A DNA stretch of 55,050 nucleotides, taken from positions 1-55,050 of IMG/VR virus record IMGVR_UViG_3300020445_000003. The stretch is one strand, 5' to 3'. Shown in pieces: positions 19,501 to 29,077 of the stretch; the first letter of the stretch is position 1, and every line of letters starts with the position of its first letter. Under the pieces are notes generated by a model. The model saw nothing but the letters and a program-made list of their open reading frames with translations. It made no database searches and was not told the origin of the DNA. A program made the position numbers and the translations under genes. This DNA is from a virus (taxonomy: Duplodnaviria; Caudoviricetes).

Positions 19501-20663
19501 ATACCAGATAGTGTAAGATACTGACCATCATGGAATCCGTGAGATCCCTCGGTAGTAACTACCATCAAACCTGTAGTTTCATCATAAACAGCATTAGTGA
19601 ACTTTACTGCAATATCATTAAGTGTAAATGTACTACTATTAGTTACCGATATTGTGCTCTTATATTCTGGTTGCAATAGAGAGGTATCATATACACCACC
19701 ATGAACCATCAATAAGTTATCCCTAAGAACACATAAATCACCAAAAGGTTCAGTTCTTTCAAATCCTCCTGGAGGAAGGATTTCTGATTCTGCAAAACTA
19801 CCTTCTGAAGTAGGATCACTAGTAGTATTTCCAGTTACGACTAATCTATCAGATCCTAAAGATTCTGAACCTCTTGCACCTTTAGGGTCTGTTGGGTTAA
19901 TTCTTCCATAATCTTGAGATTGTTGATTACCAGCTATTCCAAAGTCTACTTTATTCTCATACTGAATAGATTGAGTTCTTCTTACTACACCAAAATTATC
20001 TCCCTTTCCATTATTTCTTGTTTCCCAATAATATCCATCGTACTTATCAAATATACCATATTTACGAACAGTAGGATTAGCAACTATATTATTATGTTTA
20101 TTAACCCAAGCACTACCATTGTATATTTGATTATTAGATCCATAATCACCAGTAGAATCAAGATTGGATTTTGATCCTGGATCGTTTATCGTTGTCGTCT
20201 TAACACCAAATGTAGCAGCAGAAACACGACCAGGCTGATATCTAAAAAATCTTTTTGATGTCAGTACAGCAGTCTTATCTGCAGGAGCTTCAATAAGAGC
20301 ACCAGATTCTAAAGGAATATGAGATAATCCGTGACCTTGAATACCACCAACTAAATTATAAGAACCAGCTGCATCATATGTGCCAAACTGTTCTGGTTCT
20401 GATGCCCATTCCGTTGGGTTTACATCGTAAGTGTTTACGTCTGCAAAAATACCAAGAGCAACTTCTGATCTAGGAATACCTAAGAGAGAAAGAGCAACTT
20501 CTGACTGAACTTTATTTTGTTCAGCAACAGGAATTGTAGCTTGGTCACTTGCAATTACAACAGGAATTGATTTATCAGACTTTTGTTGTCCAGGAGGTAC
20601 TGGAGCAGTCCGTCCTACAACAGTTACTGCTGCAGAATTATTAACATTGGTGTTATCTGGCAT
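16536..20663 (-). CDS. Large virion structural protein (1375 aa)
   Basis: FRYQPGR, KVTMYKIEFSWYGA and KYGASYYIDGGD motifs, plus two inserted AxY...HG...C...YP...TxxVG beta modules typical of cyanophage structural proteins. Confidence 0.75.
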   Translation of the reverse strand: MPDNTNVNNSAAVTVVGRTAPVPPGQQKSDKSIPVVIASDQATIPVAEQNKVQSEVALSLLGIPRSEVALGIFADVNTYDVNPTEWASEPEQFGTYDAAGSYNLVGGIQGHGLSHIPLESGALIEAPADKTAVLTSKRFFRYQPGRVSAATFGVKTTTINDPGSKSNLDSTGDYGSNNQIYNGSAWVNKHNNIVANPTVRKYGIFDKYDGYYWETRNNGKGDNFGVVRRTQSIQYENKVDFGIAGNQQSQDYGRINPTDPKGARGSESLGSDRLVVTGNTTSDPTSEGSFAESEILPPGGFERTEPFGDLCVLRDNLLMVHGGVYDTSLLQPEYKSTISVTNSSTFTLNDIAVKFTNAVYDETTGLMVVTTEGSHGFHDGQYLTLSGIAMTCRYSYGTDYSTTQLNAAFDDGTKKLYSGGTAIDESAHGTIAGDNEKLIDKYVKLYPNNNKEYNIVEVNSPTSFTINVGVSTVPTFYAGGLTYRPYNADGTITAANATTSPGWAIPLSVGQHVSYSKGSNTNAIGGLVDTQIFRVKTLNLNNINTNGSVSVTLSTFDGTTELVEADLANVTDGNTWTNHTLITPVPFIQPLKGTQVYKYASAANNIQAVVSEYGKNAVHTGISSATNQGTGTFPLLYKDPADSTKEEGYIDTTLDLTQSSASATFVKQVNQLNKYYHKWVNQNVAKDYWNVYEYRIPRSRFSGDRLDGLTDTLLYSDAVGTYRPGDKVLNTTTGAVEEDTSIWNLEFDKVTMYKIEFSWYGAVGALFLAYVPVSNGEARWVRVHHLRASNQLKVASLGNATLPITYMVYGGGNQDRFGYLNDKRLKLSDYTSASQHIVKYGASYYIDGGDRGTVKLFSHSTDDAINVFGSKRNLTVGSDAGKITITNTATSGYTNLDGPHITYIPNSGDTGIATSYYVGAKVITDNSLDQNIRIVYTDADTKKCYLNAPLQAVPANGTTISIIADRPTPIIGLKCRDFIQSSLGQDVRNRTQVYPTRMSTGSDKVVKVDFLKSPLFQTESKVTRSGAANDAAPTIGASVNIGKRGKPTAVSIPEVIYAGEHTFDTSSGTNAITVYAYNGTTVLATKTVTAATYTGTDAGTYNVGGTLVLTIGANHGYTQYSGSGGHRIKIAQETLGFKCTLDATAASPQGVSTKYYPRTTDPAYDQYLEIKSADQSAGTITVKVGQASAEYIRDPGTGVYGWMRGYYKNSSPKLPISVLGYLENRGLKRQQNISSGSYYFSALNASSDDIVITSANDPLVTGLPFLAERNTTPKAEGVPYYSDNSFTLADLSSVKINPELRSPIPGSGTVVSSIFAPGSGENYDLSPFFDYNKEYLSFPLTNKVESLYMVGSSESVYSSGTAHAAVSASLTWEEQ

Positions 20664-20666
20664 TTT

Positions 20667-23600
20667 TTAAGAAACTCCGACTCTTCCTTTAGCGATTACA
20701 AATGTTTTCTTTATACTTATATATCCACCTTTCGGGCCATTAGCCAGTCCAGTGTTATTATTAGTGAGGATATTAGTAGGTTCATTGAAAGTAGTTACCA
20801 CATTGTCACTATTAGGATCTACTTTTAATACGAGATTAGCACCACCACCTATTTGACTACCTGCAATTGTAATAGTATCACCAGTAGCATATCCAGAACC
20901 ATAAGAAGTAATGGTGAGTGTTGCGTTACCACCACTATCAACAGATACTGAGAACTCAGCACCAGTACCAGATCCACTTGTAGTAATAGTAGTTACCGCA
21001 TAGGTTCCAGCAGTTCTACTAGCATCAGTAGCACCACTAGTAACTGCAATTGTATATTTAAGTGTTAATACGAGATTAGAACCACCTGCAACACCACCCA
21101 ATTTAGCATTAGTGATTGTGATAGTGTCACCAATGACATATCCAGTACCACAAGAAGTGATAATGACTGTTGCTTCACCAGCAACATTAACAGATACTGA
21201 GAACTCAGCACCAGTACCAGATCCACTTGTAGTGGTATTACTTACCTCATAGGTTCCAGCAGAATCAGCAGGTCTAGAAGTATTACCAGAGTTTGCAACA
21301 ACAGAATATACTGGGAATGCTGCATTATCATTACTCAACACTTTGATTGGTGCCAATCTCATAGTACCAATACCTGCGAATTTATTCTTCTCCTCAACAA
21401 TGAATTTATATGAGGTAAGAGGAGGGTTAGCACTGTGATCTTTCAACTGAACAATATCATTAACTGAAATACCATTAAATTGATTAACGTCATTAAGATG
21501 TACCCAATAGCAAGTATTTGCAGTTCCTGCATTACTATCATAAACTTGAGTTCCCCACTTACCAGTTGCAATTCCAACATATGTGGTATAACCAACTGGT
21601 TTATCTAAGAATTCAGTACCAACAACTTCATAACCGAGATGACTTGATATTCCTATTAAACCATCACCATTAACAGTTAATTTCTCAGTAATTGTACTTG
21701 ATGAAAGTTTAAGTTGAATGTAACCATGTTCCATATCTATTTGATTACCATCCGAAGCAACTGTAGGAATCTCAAAATCAACAAAATGAGGTGTCAAACT
21801 TGGTTGTAGACCTGCTTGATTAACATTAATTAATGTTCCAATTCCTGCGGTAATCAATGGAATATTCTTAAGATCTTTAGGTACCCCATCTTCAACATAT
21901 AACATTTCAGGACCATAGAAGTCAGATTGATCTTCAGTGATGCTAACATTAAGATTGATTGAATTCCAATCACTATCATAGATATCAGGTGATGGTAACC
22001 ATTCGTCTGAAGGTCCAAGGAGAATATTATTAGTTGTAGTGATCTTACCAGTTGCATATGCATCTAATCCAGCACCACAATTTCTAATAATGTTTCCACC
22101 AGTAGAAACAACAGTTGATCCAGAAACATCTACGGATCCAGGATAATTTTCAAATAATGAATCATTAACTCTTGTACTTGTAGAACCAGTAGAAACTAAT
22201 GGTTTAAATGCAATATTATCCTGTAAACATCCATCAACAATAGTTGAGTTCTCTACAGATACTCTTGTTGATCCATCCAAATATAGACCATCTCCAGAAC
22301 TATTACGTAATTCTACATCTTTTATTAAACTAGATTTGGCATATCTACAATATAACATATAATTACTATCACTGTATATTATATTATTATGATTATTACC
22401 ATCAATCGTTATATTGGATATAGTAACATCTTTTGGTTCAACTGTTGCTGAAGCCATAGTAGTACCAATACCAACAAAGTTTCCTGTTACTGGAATGTCT
22501 ACACCACCAGTAGTTGCATCCGTAAATATTGATGTAGAAGGACCATAACCATCTTTAGCATCATTACCAAAGAATTGTTTCTTAATGATACTATTTTTTC
22601 CTCGACCTTCCAAAGTAAAGTTAGATGGAATCAATAGTTCATTAGTATAATAGGTTCCACTAGGAATACTCAAATAATTGGATCCACTAGATTGAACCGA
22701 AGTTACTGCTTTTCTAAATCCAGCAGTACTATCGTGAACAACCTTAACAGCATTATTTGTACCAAACCCAACAGTACCATTATAATCATACTGTTGAGAT
22801 AGAGTTATACTCTCAACTCCAACAGCAACTACTTCGTCAATTGACCATCCTCTTCTTCTTCCACCTTCAGGATTTCCTGTATTAACATCTTCTGATGGCC
22901 CCATAACAGAATCTCTCAATGTTAGTTGTGTTGGTAATCCATTATTAGATGGAATATTAGGGAAATGAATTTGATGTCCTACATTAACACTTCCTTCTGC
23001 TGCTACCTTATTGGTATTATCCCAAATAGCATTATCACCCGTAAAATCACTGGGAAGAAATTCGTTTAAATCTCCTTTCTTAGCCCAGTTTGTTTTAGAG
23101 AAAGTTCCATAATCTTTCCATTCAATATTAGCAGTACCGCCACCACCATCAGCGATTTCCTTCGAACCTAAAATTGCTATCAATCTTGCTTGGGTTCTGG
23201 TTGTACTAACACCACTAGCACCATTTTGTATTTGACGATATATTAAAAGACCATGATCTTCATTTCTTGCAAGAGTCAATGCATTGAAATTAGTTCCATT
23301 CAAGTTACCAATATCCTGGTGATTTATTCCCAATCCATTATTAACTGCACTCGCAATACCAACTCTTCCATCAGCAAGTTTATATTGTGCTACCCAGTAG
23401 TTGTATGTTTTAATAGGAGAAATAGAAGTATCACCAACTGTAGCAGCAGTACATCTTACACATGGTATAGCAGCATCAGTATTTCCTGTTTTAGTTACAC
23501 CAAATAATTTTACCTTTTCTCCAACATAGAAATTAGAAGTATTAATTCCAGTAATTACTGCCTTGCTGGATACAGTTGTACCAGTTCCAATATAAACTGT

Positions 23601-26600
23601 TGGATCATTACTGATTCCAAAACTTCTAAGAGCAAAACTATCAACTTCGTGAGCATCAACTAATTCATAACTATCTCCCAAGTTATTAACCTTCAAGAAA
23701 CGGTTTCTTGCAAATGTATTATGAGTATTTGCTTGAACGTCTCCACCATCACTATTGGCTGGCGTAGGAAGATCTTCTAATGCAAAATTCTGATACTTGT
23801 TCGCACGAACAGTTCCATTGACATCAAGTTCATATGCAGGAGATGCCTTTTTAATACCGACATTTTGAGTAGATTCTTCAACTATTAAAGATGGATTACC
23901 ATCTTCTCCAACTTGGAATGAAGGAGGTTGATTTATATTACCCTTTAGAAGTAATTTAATTGCTTCGATCCCATCCTTAGCACTAGATGTAATCTTATTC
24001 GTAAAGTTAACTGGTCCTCTAAATTCTGAAGGAAGTAGCTTATTAGGTCCACCACCAACACGAAGTGTATTTCTAATATACACATCATCAAATACTGCTG
24101 ACAAATCAGATATATCTGCACCAAGATAATTTTCTTTTGCTTGAACTCTTTCTCCACTGAAGAACTCACCACGATCATTCATACCAGAATAGAATACAAC
24201 TCCACCTTTTTCTTCAGTTGAAATTGCAAGAAGTTCTGCATCTGCAGTAATCTGTTTTGTTTGTTTTTGTGGTAATGCAGTAGAGTAGTTACCTGGCCCA
24301 TAACCAAGATACTCAAATGTATGACCTGAAGCACGAATACTTGAGAATCTACGAACCTCTGATGGGATTACTTTAATCTTCTTAACTTTAGAATCTATAA
24401 GATGAGTTTCTGGTTTTGTACCCAAAACTCCTCTAAACACATTTACAGTATCACCATCAACAACTTTCTTAACTCTTACAATTTCATTATCAATTTGAAG
24501 GAAATCACCAACTAAAATCCCAACAGAAGAATCAATATCTATGCCGAAATTATCAATATTTCCACTTGTTGGTTTTGCAACAGCACTTTTCAATTTTGTT
24601 TGAATAGAAGTTGAAAGATTCAATAGTCTTCCTGAAATCTTTTCAGTTTCTAATGATGAACTTTCTCCAGTTGCACTAATACCATACTTGTAAATCTGAG
24701 AACCTACTGCTGCAGCTTGAGCAACAGGTAAATTTGGTGCAGTTGTCTTAATTGTAAATTGAGTAGATGCTTGATTACTACCAGGTATTATTCCTTGTAC
24801 AATAAAGTCTTGATTGTATGTGGATGCACTAGATCCAGTTACACCAACAATTTTAACCTTATTACCAACAGATAATCCATGATGAGATGTTGCAACTACA
24901 GTTGCAATTCCAACTTTATCGGTTCCTGCAATACCTGCAATGCTAGAAATAGAAATTGCTTCATCCAGTGCAAAGAACATTCCTTTCTGTGGGAATGAAG
25001 TATAAACACCAGGATTAGTATCTCCAGTATCGTATGTTATAGTATTTTCAGTAGGAACCGATGCTATTTTATAAAGTCCATTATATGCACTATTTGTTCT
25101 ATTCGTATCAGTACCAACTCCAGTAACTTGTACAACATTACCAACAACTTGATCAATTGCAGATACTGTAACTACAGCATTATTACTATTGCCACCAGTA
25201 ATTGCTAAAGTACTACCAGCACCAGTAGTAACATATGCAGAACCACCATCCATTATCTCAATAGCAGTTACTGCACCTCCAGATGAAGTTACTTTTGCGG
25301 TTGCTCCTTGAGAAACTCCCTTTCCACCTGCCTCATTAATTAATGGTACATTATATCTTGTAGTATCACCATAACCACTATTTGTTCCACTGATAGCTCC
25401 AAGTGTTACAATAGAATTTAAATTATGATTAACTGCACTATACAGAGTTGCAGTTCCATTATTCTGACCTTCTGCTCCTGTTACAGCATATCCAACTCTA
25501 TTATCCTTAAGATACTCAACAACTCCTTCTTTTGTTATACTATTAAGAGAATCATTAACATCTACTCTACCAAGTGGAGTTTTATTTGCATATGATATTG
25601 ATTGATGTGGATCGACATCTAAGTTATCAACATCAACTGTTGGATACAAATTCTCAATATTCTGCTTATACTTCCTATCTACAAATTGTGCAACATTTGG
25701 AGAAACATTACCAATTAAAGTAGTAAGATAGTATATACCATCTTGTTGATCAGTAATATACTCCTGAACCGTTTCTACATCTTCAATTGTATAAGATGTA
25801 TCATATTCATTTCTAGAGAAAATTGGCAGTTTTGCTACCAAATTAGCAGTACTACGATCATTTGTATTATTTGTAAAATCACCAGCACGTTTTGGAATAG
25901 TTACAGTAAATGTCTTAGTTGTTGGTGTAGATTTGACATAAAAATATCCATTATAACCATCTTTAGCATTAGAATCAGTATACAATGAACTAGTTACACC
26001 TCTTACCCACACTCTATCTCCTACAGATAGTCTATGAACATCTTCTGTTGTTACTGTTGCAGTAAGATCAGTTGAAGTAGCTGTACTAATTCCAGATATA
26101 ACTCTTGTATTTCTATTCTTTAAAAGACTATCAAGTGTGCCATCTGCATCATCAAATATATTAGTAGAAGATTCTTGTAAAACATAATTCTTTGCAGGTG
26201 CCTTTGCAATTTTAGCACCAGTATATTCCTTTGGAATAACATATCTAAGTTTATAAATTCTATCTTTTAAATCACGAGTTTCAGATTTTCTTCTTACATA
26301 TGTTGCTGAGTTATTTGCCGTAATATCATCAGTATTATCTTGATTAGCAGCAAGTTGCATAACAATCTCATTATCACTAGTACCATTAGTACTATAGAAG
26401 AACCAATTATTACTAGAAGAATCCCATTGAACAGGATGTCCACTATCTCCTGGTAATTTATCAGTTACTCTACTAATAACACTAATTCTACCACCATTAG
26501 TGTTTTCAATTTCAACTGCAGTATTTGATGCAACTTTGTTTAAAGATTTTGCTAATTTAATTTTAGTAGCACCAATAGAAGATGAAGCAATTACATAATA

Positions 26601-28658
26601 TAATGTTTCATTTTCAAGTCCATCAGGCATTTCACCAGTATCACTATAAATCGTTACAGATTCTCCATTCACAAACGTATGATTAATACCTGTTCCAAAA
26701 TCTAATATATTATTTGCAGTATCAATAGAATCTACGGCATATACCTTTTCTGCACTCTCAGAAGGAGTATTATCCTGCCCTGTACCAGTAGAAGAATTTA
26801 CTCCATTTTCTGCTGGTTGCATCAAAATTGGAGAAGAATGTGTAGCAGTCACATTATTCCTATTAGTCCAAGTCAAATATACTCTATCACCCTTTCTTGC
26901 ACCAATTTTATATCCACTACTAATATTTGATGGTGGATTACTCTCATCTGTTGCACCAAGAAGATATATTCTACTAGATTGATTAGTAGCAATTTCTGCT
27001 CTAGTCTTTGCGATATCTAAAAGTGTCCATACAACGTTGCTTTCCTCTTCTTGTATGTCTTTTGGTGGAACAATATGAGTTACATATCCAGTATCATCAC
27101 GAGGGAAAGCTACTTTTCTAAATCCTTTGGATATTAATGACTTTGCACCAAAGTTAGAGTTAGAGTTTGTGATTGATTGATCTGATCCAGATTCAGATAA
27201 GAAATGATCAGAGAAACCAATAGCAAATACGGATACTGCCTGAATAAATGCAGAATTAGATGCTTTGATGTGGTAATTAGAATAGTCTGGTTTATATACA
27301 GCATCCTGATTAACATATAAAGGTAAATTTGTAGCAGCAGTTGCATTGCTGTCTTTATAATCACCACTAGACTTATTATAGATTAAGAATGCATTATCAT
27401 CCTTCTGAAGACCAATACCAGTAAACTGGGCAACAACCATAGACTTAAATCCAGTTGCCTTATCACCATCAGCATGTAATCCACACATACCGTAAGTGGA
27501 TCTCAATGAACAGTTAAAGACATATGGTGAAGCACCTGTTACATTATCAGTCTCGACAATTACTTGTGCTGCAGATGGTTGTTCACTTAATGATGTAGGT
27601 GTTGCTGGTAATTGATACGAGAATGTTGTTGCCGCAACTCCTGCTCCTACAGGGCCTGTTGCAGTTACAATCTTTCCTCCATTATACCAACCAGATGATA
27701 TACCAGTAATACGAACTGTATCATCTATAGTCAATCCATGAGCAACAGTGGTTTCCACAGTTGCTAAAGAACCATTTGCAGTTGCTTTTTTAATTTCTAA
27801 ATTAGTAGTTCTTAAATCTCCAACAATCTTATATTCTGGATTATTTGGTTGGAAATCAGTTGAACCTGGATAATTTGTAATCTTTCTATTTCCAGTATCA
27901 TCACCATAGGCATTCATCACCTTGTAATAATACATCTGAAGATCTGTCAAAGATGTAAGATCTTTAGGGTTTATACCATCAGCATATTCAAATACTGTTA
28001 GTTTATGGTGAGATAATGCAGGATTTGCTTTAAGTCCGAAATTAGCAGGATTATAATATACTCCTCTATCTGAATCAAAAATACTAAACTGCCAGAAATA
28101 GCAACCACCAGTTACACGGAAAATTGCAGATCTTGCTACATAATCAGCAGCATCAATATTATTTTTTGTGGGATCGGGAACATAAAGTGGTCTAACTTTT
28201 GTTTTTCTTAAATCTAAACCAACAATAGATGTACCTTTAGGTACAACAACTCCACCATCTACAGAGTTAAATTTGTGAAGGATATTATCAGAATTATTTA
28301 AATCAACTACAGAATTTATTGTTAACTCAATTGGAGGATTTGTTTGTGAATTTCCTTGATTATCATACCAAGCAACTGTTCCGCTATTATCTTTTATATA
28401 ATATCCTGGTCTATTATCAATATAATGAGTTCCTGGATATAACAATATTGTTGTTTTATCGTATTTGTCGTTATTTTCTCCAATCTGATATGCAAACCTT
28501 GCTGCTTCCAACAATGCTCTTTGAATAGTAGCAAATGGTCTTGTTAAAGAATTACCTTTATTATCAAAACTGTCAGTTGCGTCTAAATCTGATGGGTTTA
28601 CATAAAGAATATTACCATCAGTGTTAACTAAAAAATTTTCTAACCTAGAAAGAGGCAT
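20667..28658 (-). CDS. Giant virion structural/tailspike-like protein with pectate-lyase-like beta-helix segments (2663 aa)
   Basis: MPLSRLENFL...ILYVNPSDLDATDS...PFATIQRAL start typical of cyanomyovirus structural proteins; IPSGTYY, VTISNITIDGN and GDGLYL beta-helix features; several T...HGL..GDxV modules. Confidence 0.8.
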   Translation of the reverse strand: MPLSRLENFLVNTDGNILYVNPSDLDATDSFDNKGNSLTRPFATIQRALLEAARFAYQIGENNDKYDKTTILLYPGTHYIDNRPGYYIKDNSGTVAWYDNQGNSQTNPPIELTINSVVDLNNSDNILHKFNSVDGGVVVPKGTSIVGLDLRKTKVRPLYVPDPTKNNIDAADYVARSAIFRVTGGCYFWQFSIFDSDRGVYYNPANFGLKANPALSHHKLTVFEYADGINPKDLTSLTDLQMYYYKVMNAYGDDTGNRKITNYPGSTDFQPNNPEYKIVGDLRTTNLEIKKATANGSLATVETTVAHGLTIDDTVRITGISSGWYNGGKIVTATGPVGAGVAATTFSYQLPATPTSLSEQPSAAQVIVETDNVTGASPYVFNCSLRSTYGMCGLHADGDKATGFKSMVVAQFTGIGLQKDDNAFLIYNKSSGDYKDSNATAATNLPLYVNQDAVYKPDYSNYHIKASNSAFIQAVSVFAIGFSDHFLSESGSDQSITNSNSNFGAKSLISKGFRKVAFPRDDTGYVTHIVPPKDIQEEESNVVWTLLDIAKTRAEIATNQSSRIYLLGATDESNPPSNISSGYKIGARKGDRVYLTWTNRNNVTATHSSPILMQPAENGVNSSTGTGQDNTPSESAEKVYAVDSIDTANNILDFGTGINHTFVNGESVTIYSDTGEMPDGLENETLYYVIASSSIGATKIKLAKSLNKVASNTAVEIENTNGGRISVISRVTDKLPGDSGHPVQWDSSSNNWFFYSTNGTSDNEIVMQLAANQDNTDDITANNSATYVRRKSETRDLKDRIYKLRYVIPKEYTGAKIAKAPAKNYVLQESSTNIFDDADGTLDSLLKNRNTRVISGISTATSTDLTATVTTEDVHRLSVGDRVWVRGVTSSLYTDSNAKDGYNGYFYVKSTPTTKTFTVTIPKRAGDFTNNTNDRSTANLVAKLPIFSRNEYDTSYTIEDVETVQEYITDQQDGIYYLTTLIGNVSPNVAQFVDRKYKQNIENLYPTVDVDNLDVDPHQSISYANKTPLGRVDVNDSLNSITKEGVVEYLKDNRVGYAVTGAEGQNNGTATLYSAVNHNLNSIVTLGAISGTNSGYGDTTRYNVPLINEAGGKGVSQGATAKVTSSGGAVTAIEIMDGGSAYVTTGAGSTLAITGGNSNNAVVTVSAIDQVVGNVVQVTGVGTDTNRTNSAYNGLYKIASVPTENTITYDTGDTNPGVYTSFPQKGMFFALDEAISISSIAGIAGTDKVGIATVVATSHHGLSVGNKVKIVGVTGSSASTYNQDFIVQGIIPGSNQASTQFTIKTTAPNLPVAQAAAVGSQIYKYGISATGESSSLETEKISGRLLNLSTSIQTKLKSAVAKPTSGNIDNFGIDIDSSVGILVGDFLQIDNEIVRVKKVVDGDTVNVFRGVLGTKPETHLIDSKVKKIKVIPSEVRRFSSIRASGHTFEYLGYGPGNYSTALPQKQTKQITADAELLAISTEEKGGVVFYSGMNDRGEFFSGERVQAKENYLGADISDLSAVFDDVYIRNTLRVGGGPNKLLPSEFRGPVNFTNKITSSAKDGIEAIKLLLKGNINQPPSFQVGEDGNPSLIVEESTQNVGIKKASPAYELDVNGTVRANKYQNFALEDLPTPANSDGGDVQANTHNTFARNRFLKVNNLGDSYELVDAHEVDSFALRSFGISNDPTVYIGTGTTVSSKAVITGINTSNFYVGEKVKLFGVTKTGNTDAAIPCVRCTAATVGDTSISPIKTYNYWVAQYKLADGRVGIASAVNNGLGINHQDIGNLNGTNFNALTLARNEDHGLLIYRQIQNGASGVSTTRTQARLIAILGSKEIADGGGGTANIEWKDYGTFSKTNWAKKGDLNEFLPSDFTGDNAIWDNTNKVAAEGSVNVGHQIHFPNIPSNNGLPTQLTLRDSVMGPSEDVNTGNPEGGRRRGWSIDEVVAVGVESITLSQQYDYNGTVGFGTNNAVKVVHDSTAGFRKAVTSVQSSGSNYLSIPSGTYYTNELLIPSNFTLEGRGKNSIIKKQFFGNDAKDGYGPSTSIFTDATTGGVDIPVTGNFVGIGTTMASATVEPKDVTISNITIDGNNHNNIIYSDSNYMLYCRYAKSSLIKDVELRNSSGDGLYLDGSTRVSVENSTIVDGCLQDNIAFKPLVSTGSTSTRVNDSLFENYPGSVDVSGSTVVSTGGNIIRNCGAGLDAYATGKITTTNNILLGPSDEWLPSPDIYDSDWNSINLNVSITEDQSDFYGPEMLYVEDGVPKDLKNIPLITAGIGTLINVNQAGLQPSLTPHFVDFEIPTVASDGNQIDMEHGYIQLKLSSSTITEKLTVNGDGLIGISSHLGYEVVGTEFLDKPVGYTTYVGIATGKWGTQVYDSNAGTANTCYWVHLNDVNQFNGISVNDIVQLKDHSANPPLTSYKFIVEEKNKFAGIGTMRLAPIKVLSNDNAAFPVYSVVANSGNTSRPADSAGTYEVSNTTTSGSGTGAEFSVSVNVAGEATVIITSCGTGYVIGDTITITNAKLGGVAGGSNLVLTLKYTIAVTSGATDASRTAGTYAVTTITTSGSGTGAEFSVSVDSGGNATLTITSYGSGYATGDTITIAGSQIGGGANLVLKVDPNSDNVVTTFNEPTNILTNNNTGLANGPKGGYISIKKTFVIAKGRVGVS
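20826..21262. repeat. Intragenic tandem duplication of an ~80-aa module
   Basis: 45-nt exact repeat at 20940-20984 and 21189-21233 (249-nt period); further matches at 20826/21066. Confidence 0.9.
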
Positions 28659-28689
28659 TGTATTAACACACTAATTTTTTCTTCTGACT

Positions 28690-28696
28690 TATTTAT
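28690..28696 (-). promoter_or_regulatory. T4-type late promoter (ATAAATA)
   Basis: GATAAATA about 32 nt upstream of ATG 28658. Confidence 0.55.
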
Positions 28697-28700
28697 CACG

Positions 28701-28991
28701 TTAGTCAACTGGTAACTTCTCTGGGTTTTCCAATTCTAGATCGAAAACCAGTGGATGGCATTCCTCTTCCATTAAATAGGCGTGAAAATTATATAAGTCC
28801 TCTGTGTTATATTTAGTTTCATTATCTGCTATCATCTTAATTGCTGGTAACCATTCAATACTTTCTTCAACATCTTCTAACTCATCATATGTAAATGGCA
28901 TTCCATTTATATAATACATAAGAACAATTCTCTTTTCATTATTTGCCCAATCCGAATACCAACAGTAAGTTGTGTCTATATGATATGCCAT
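28701..28991 (-). CDS. Acidic hypothetical protein (96 aa)
   Basis: ORF track; fills the gap between structural genes. Confidence 0.7.
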   Translation of the reverse strand: MAYHIDTTYCWYSDWANNEKRIVLMYYINGMPFTYDELEDVEESIEWLPAIKMIADNETKYNTEDLYNFHAYLMEEECHPLVFDLELENPEKLPVD

Positions 28992-29012
28992 AATTTAAAA
29001 AAGGTATTTTAC

Positions 29013-29066
29013 CAAAAAATTGCCTGACTTTTTTTTGCCCGATTTTTGGAACTAAAAGTCGATTTT
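29013..29066. repeat. Non-coding 54-bp element, copy 1
   Basis: 46/54 identical to 49753-49806, including an exact 26-mer CAAAAAATTGCCTGACTTTTTTTTGC. Confidence 0.9.
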
Positions 29067-29077
29067 GGTGGCCTAAG

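Noticed and set aside
29013-29038. 54-bp element as an intrinsic terminator
   Set aside because: Only a weak A-U stem is possible; there is no GC-rich hairpin.
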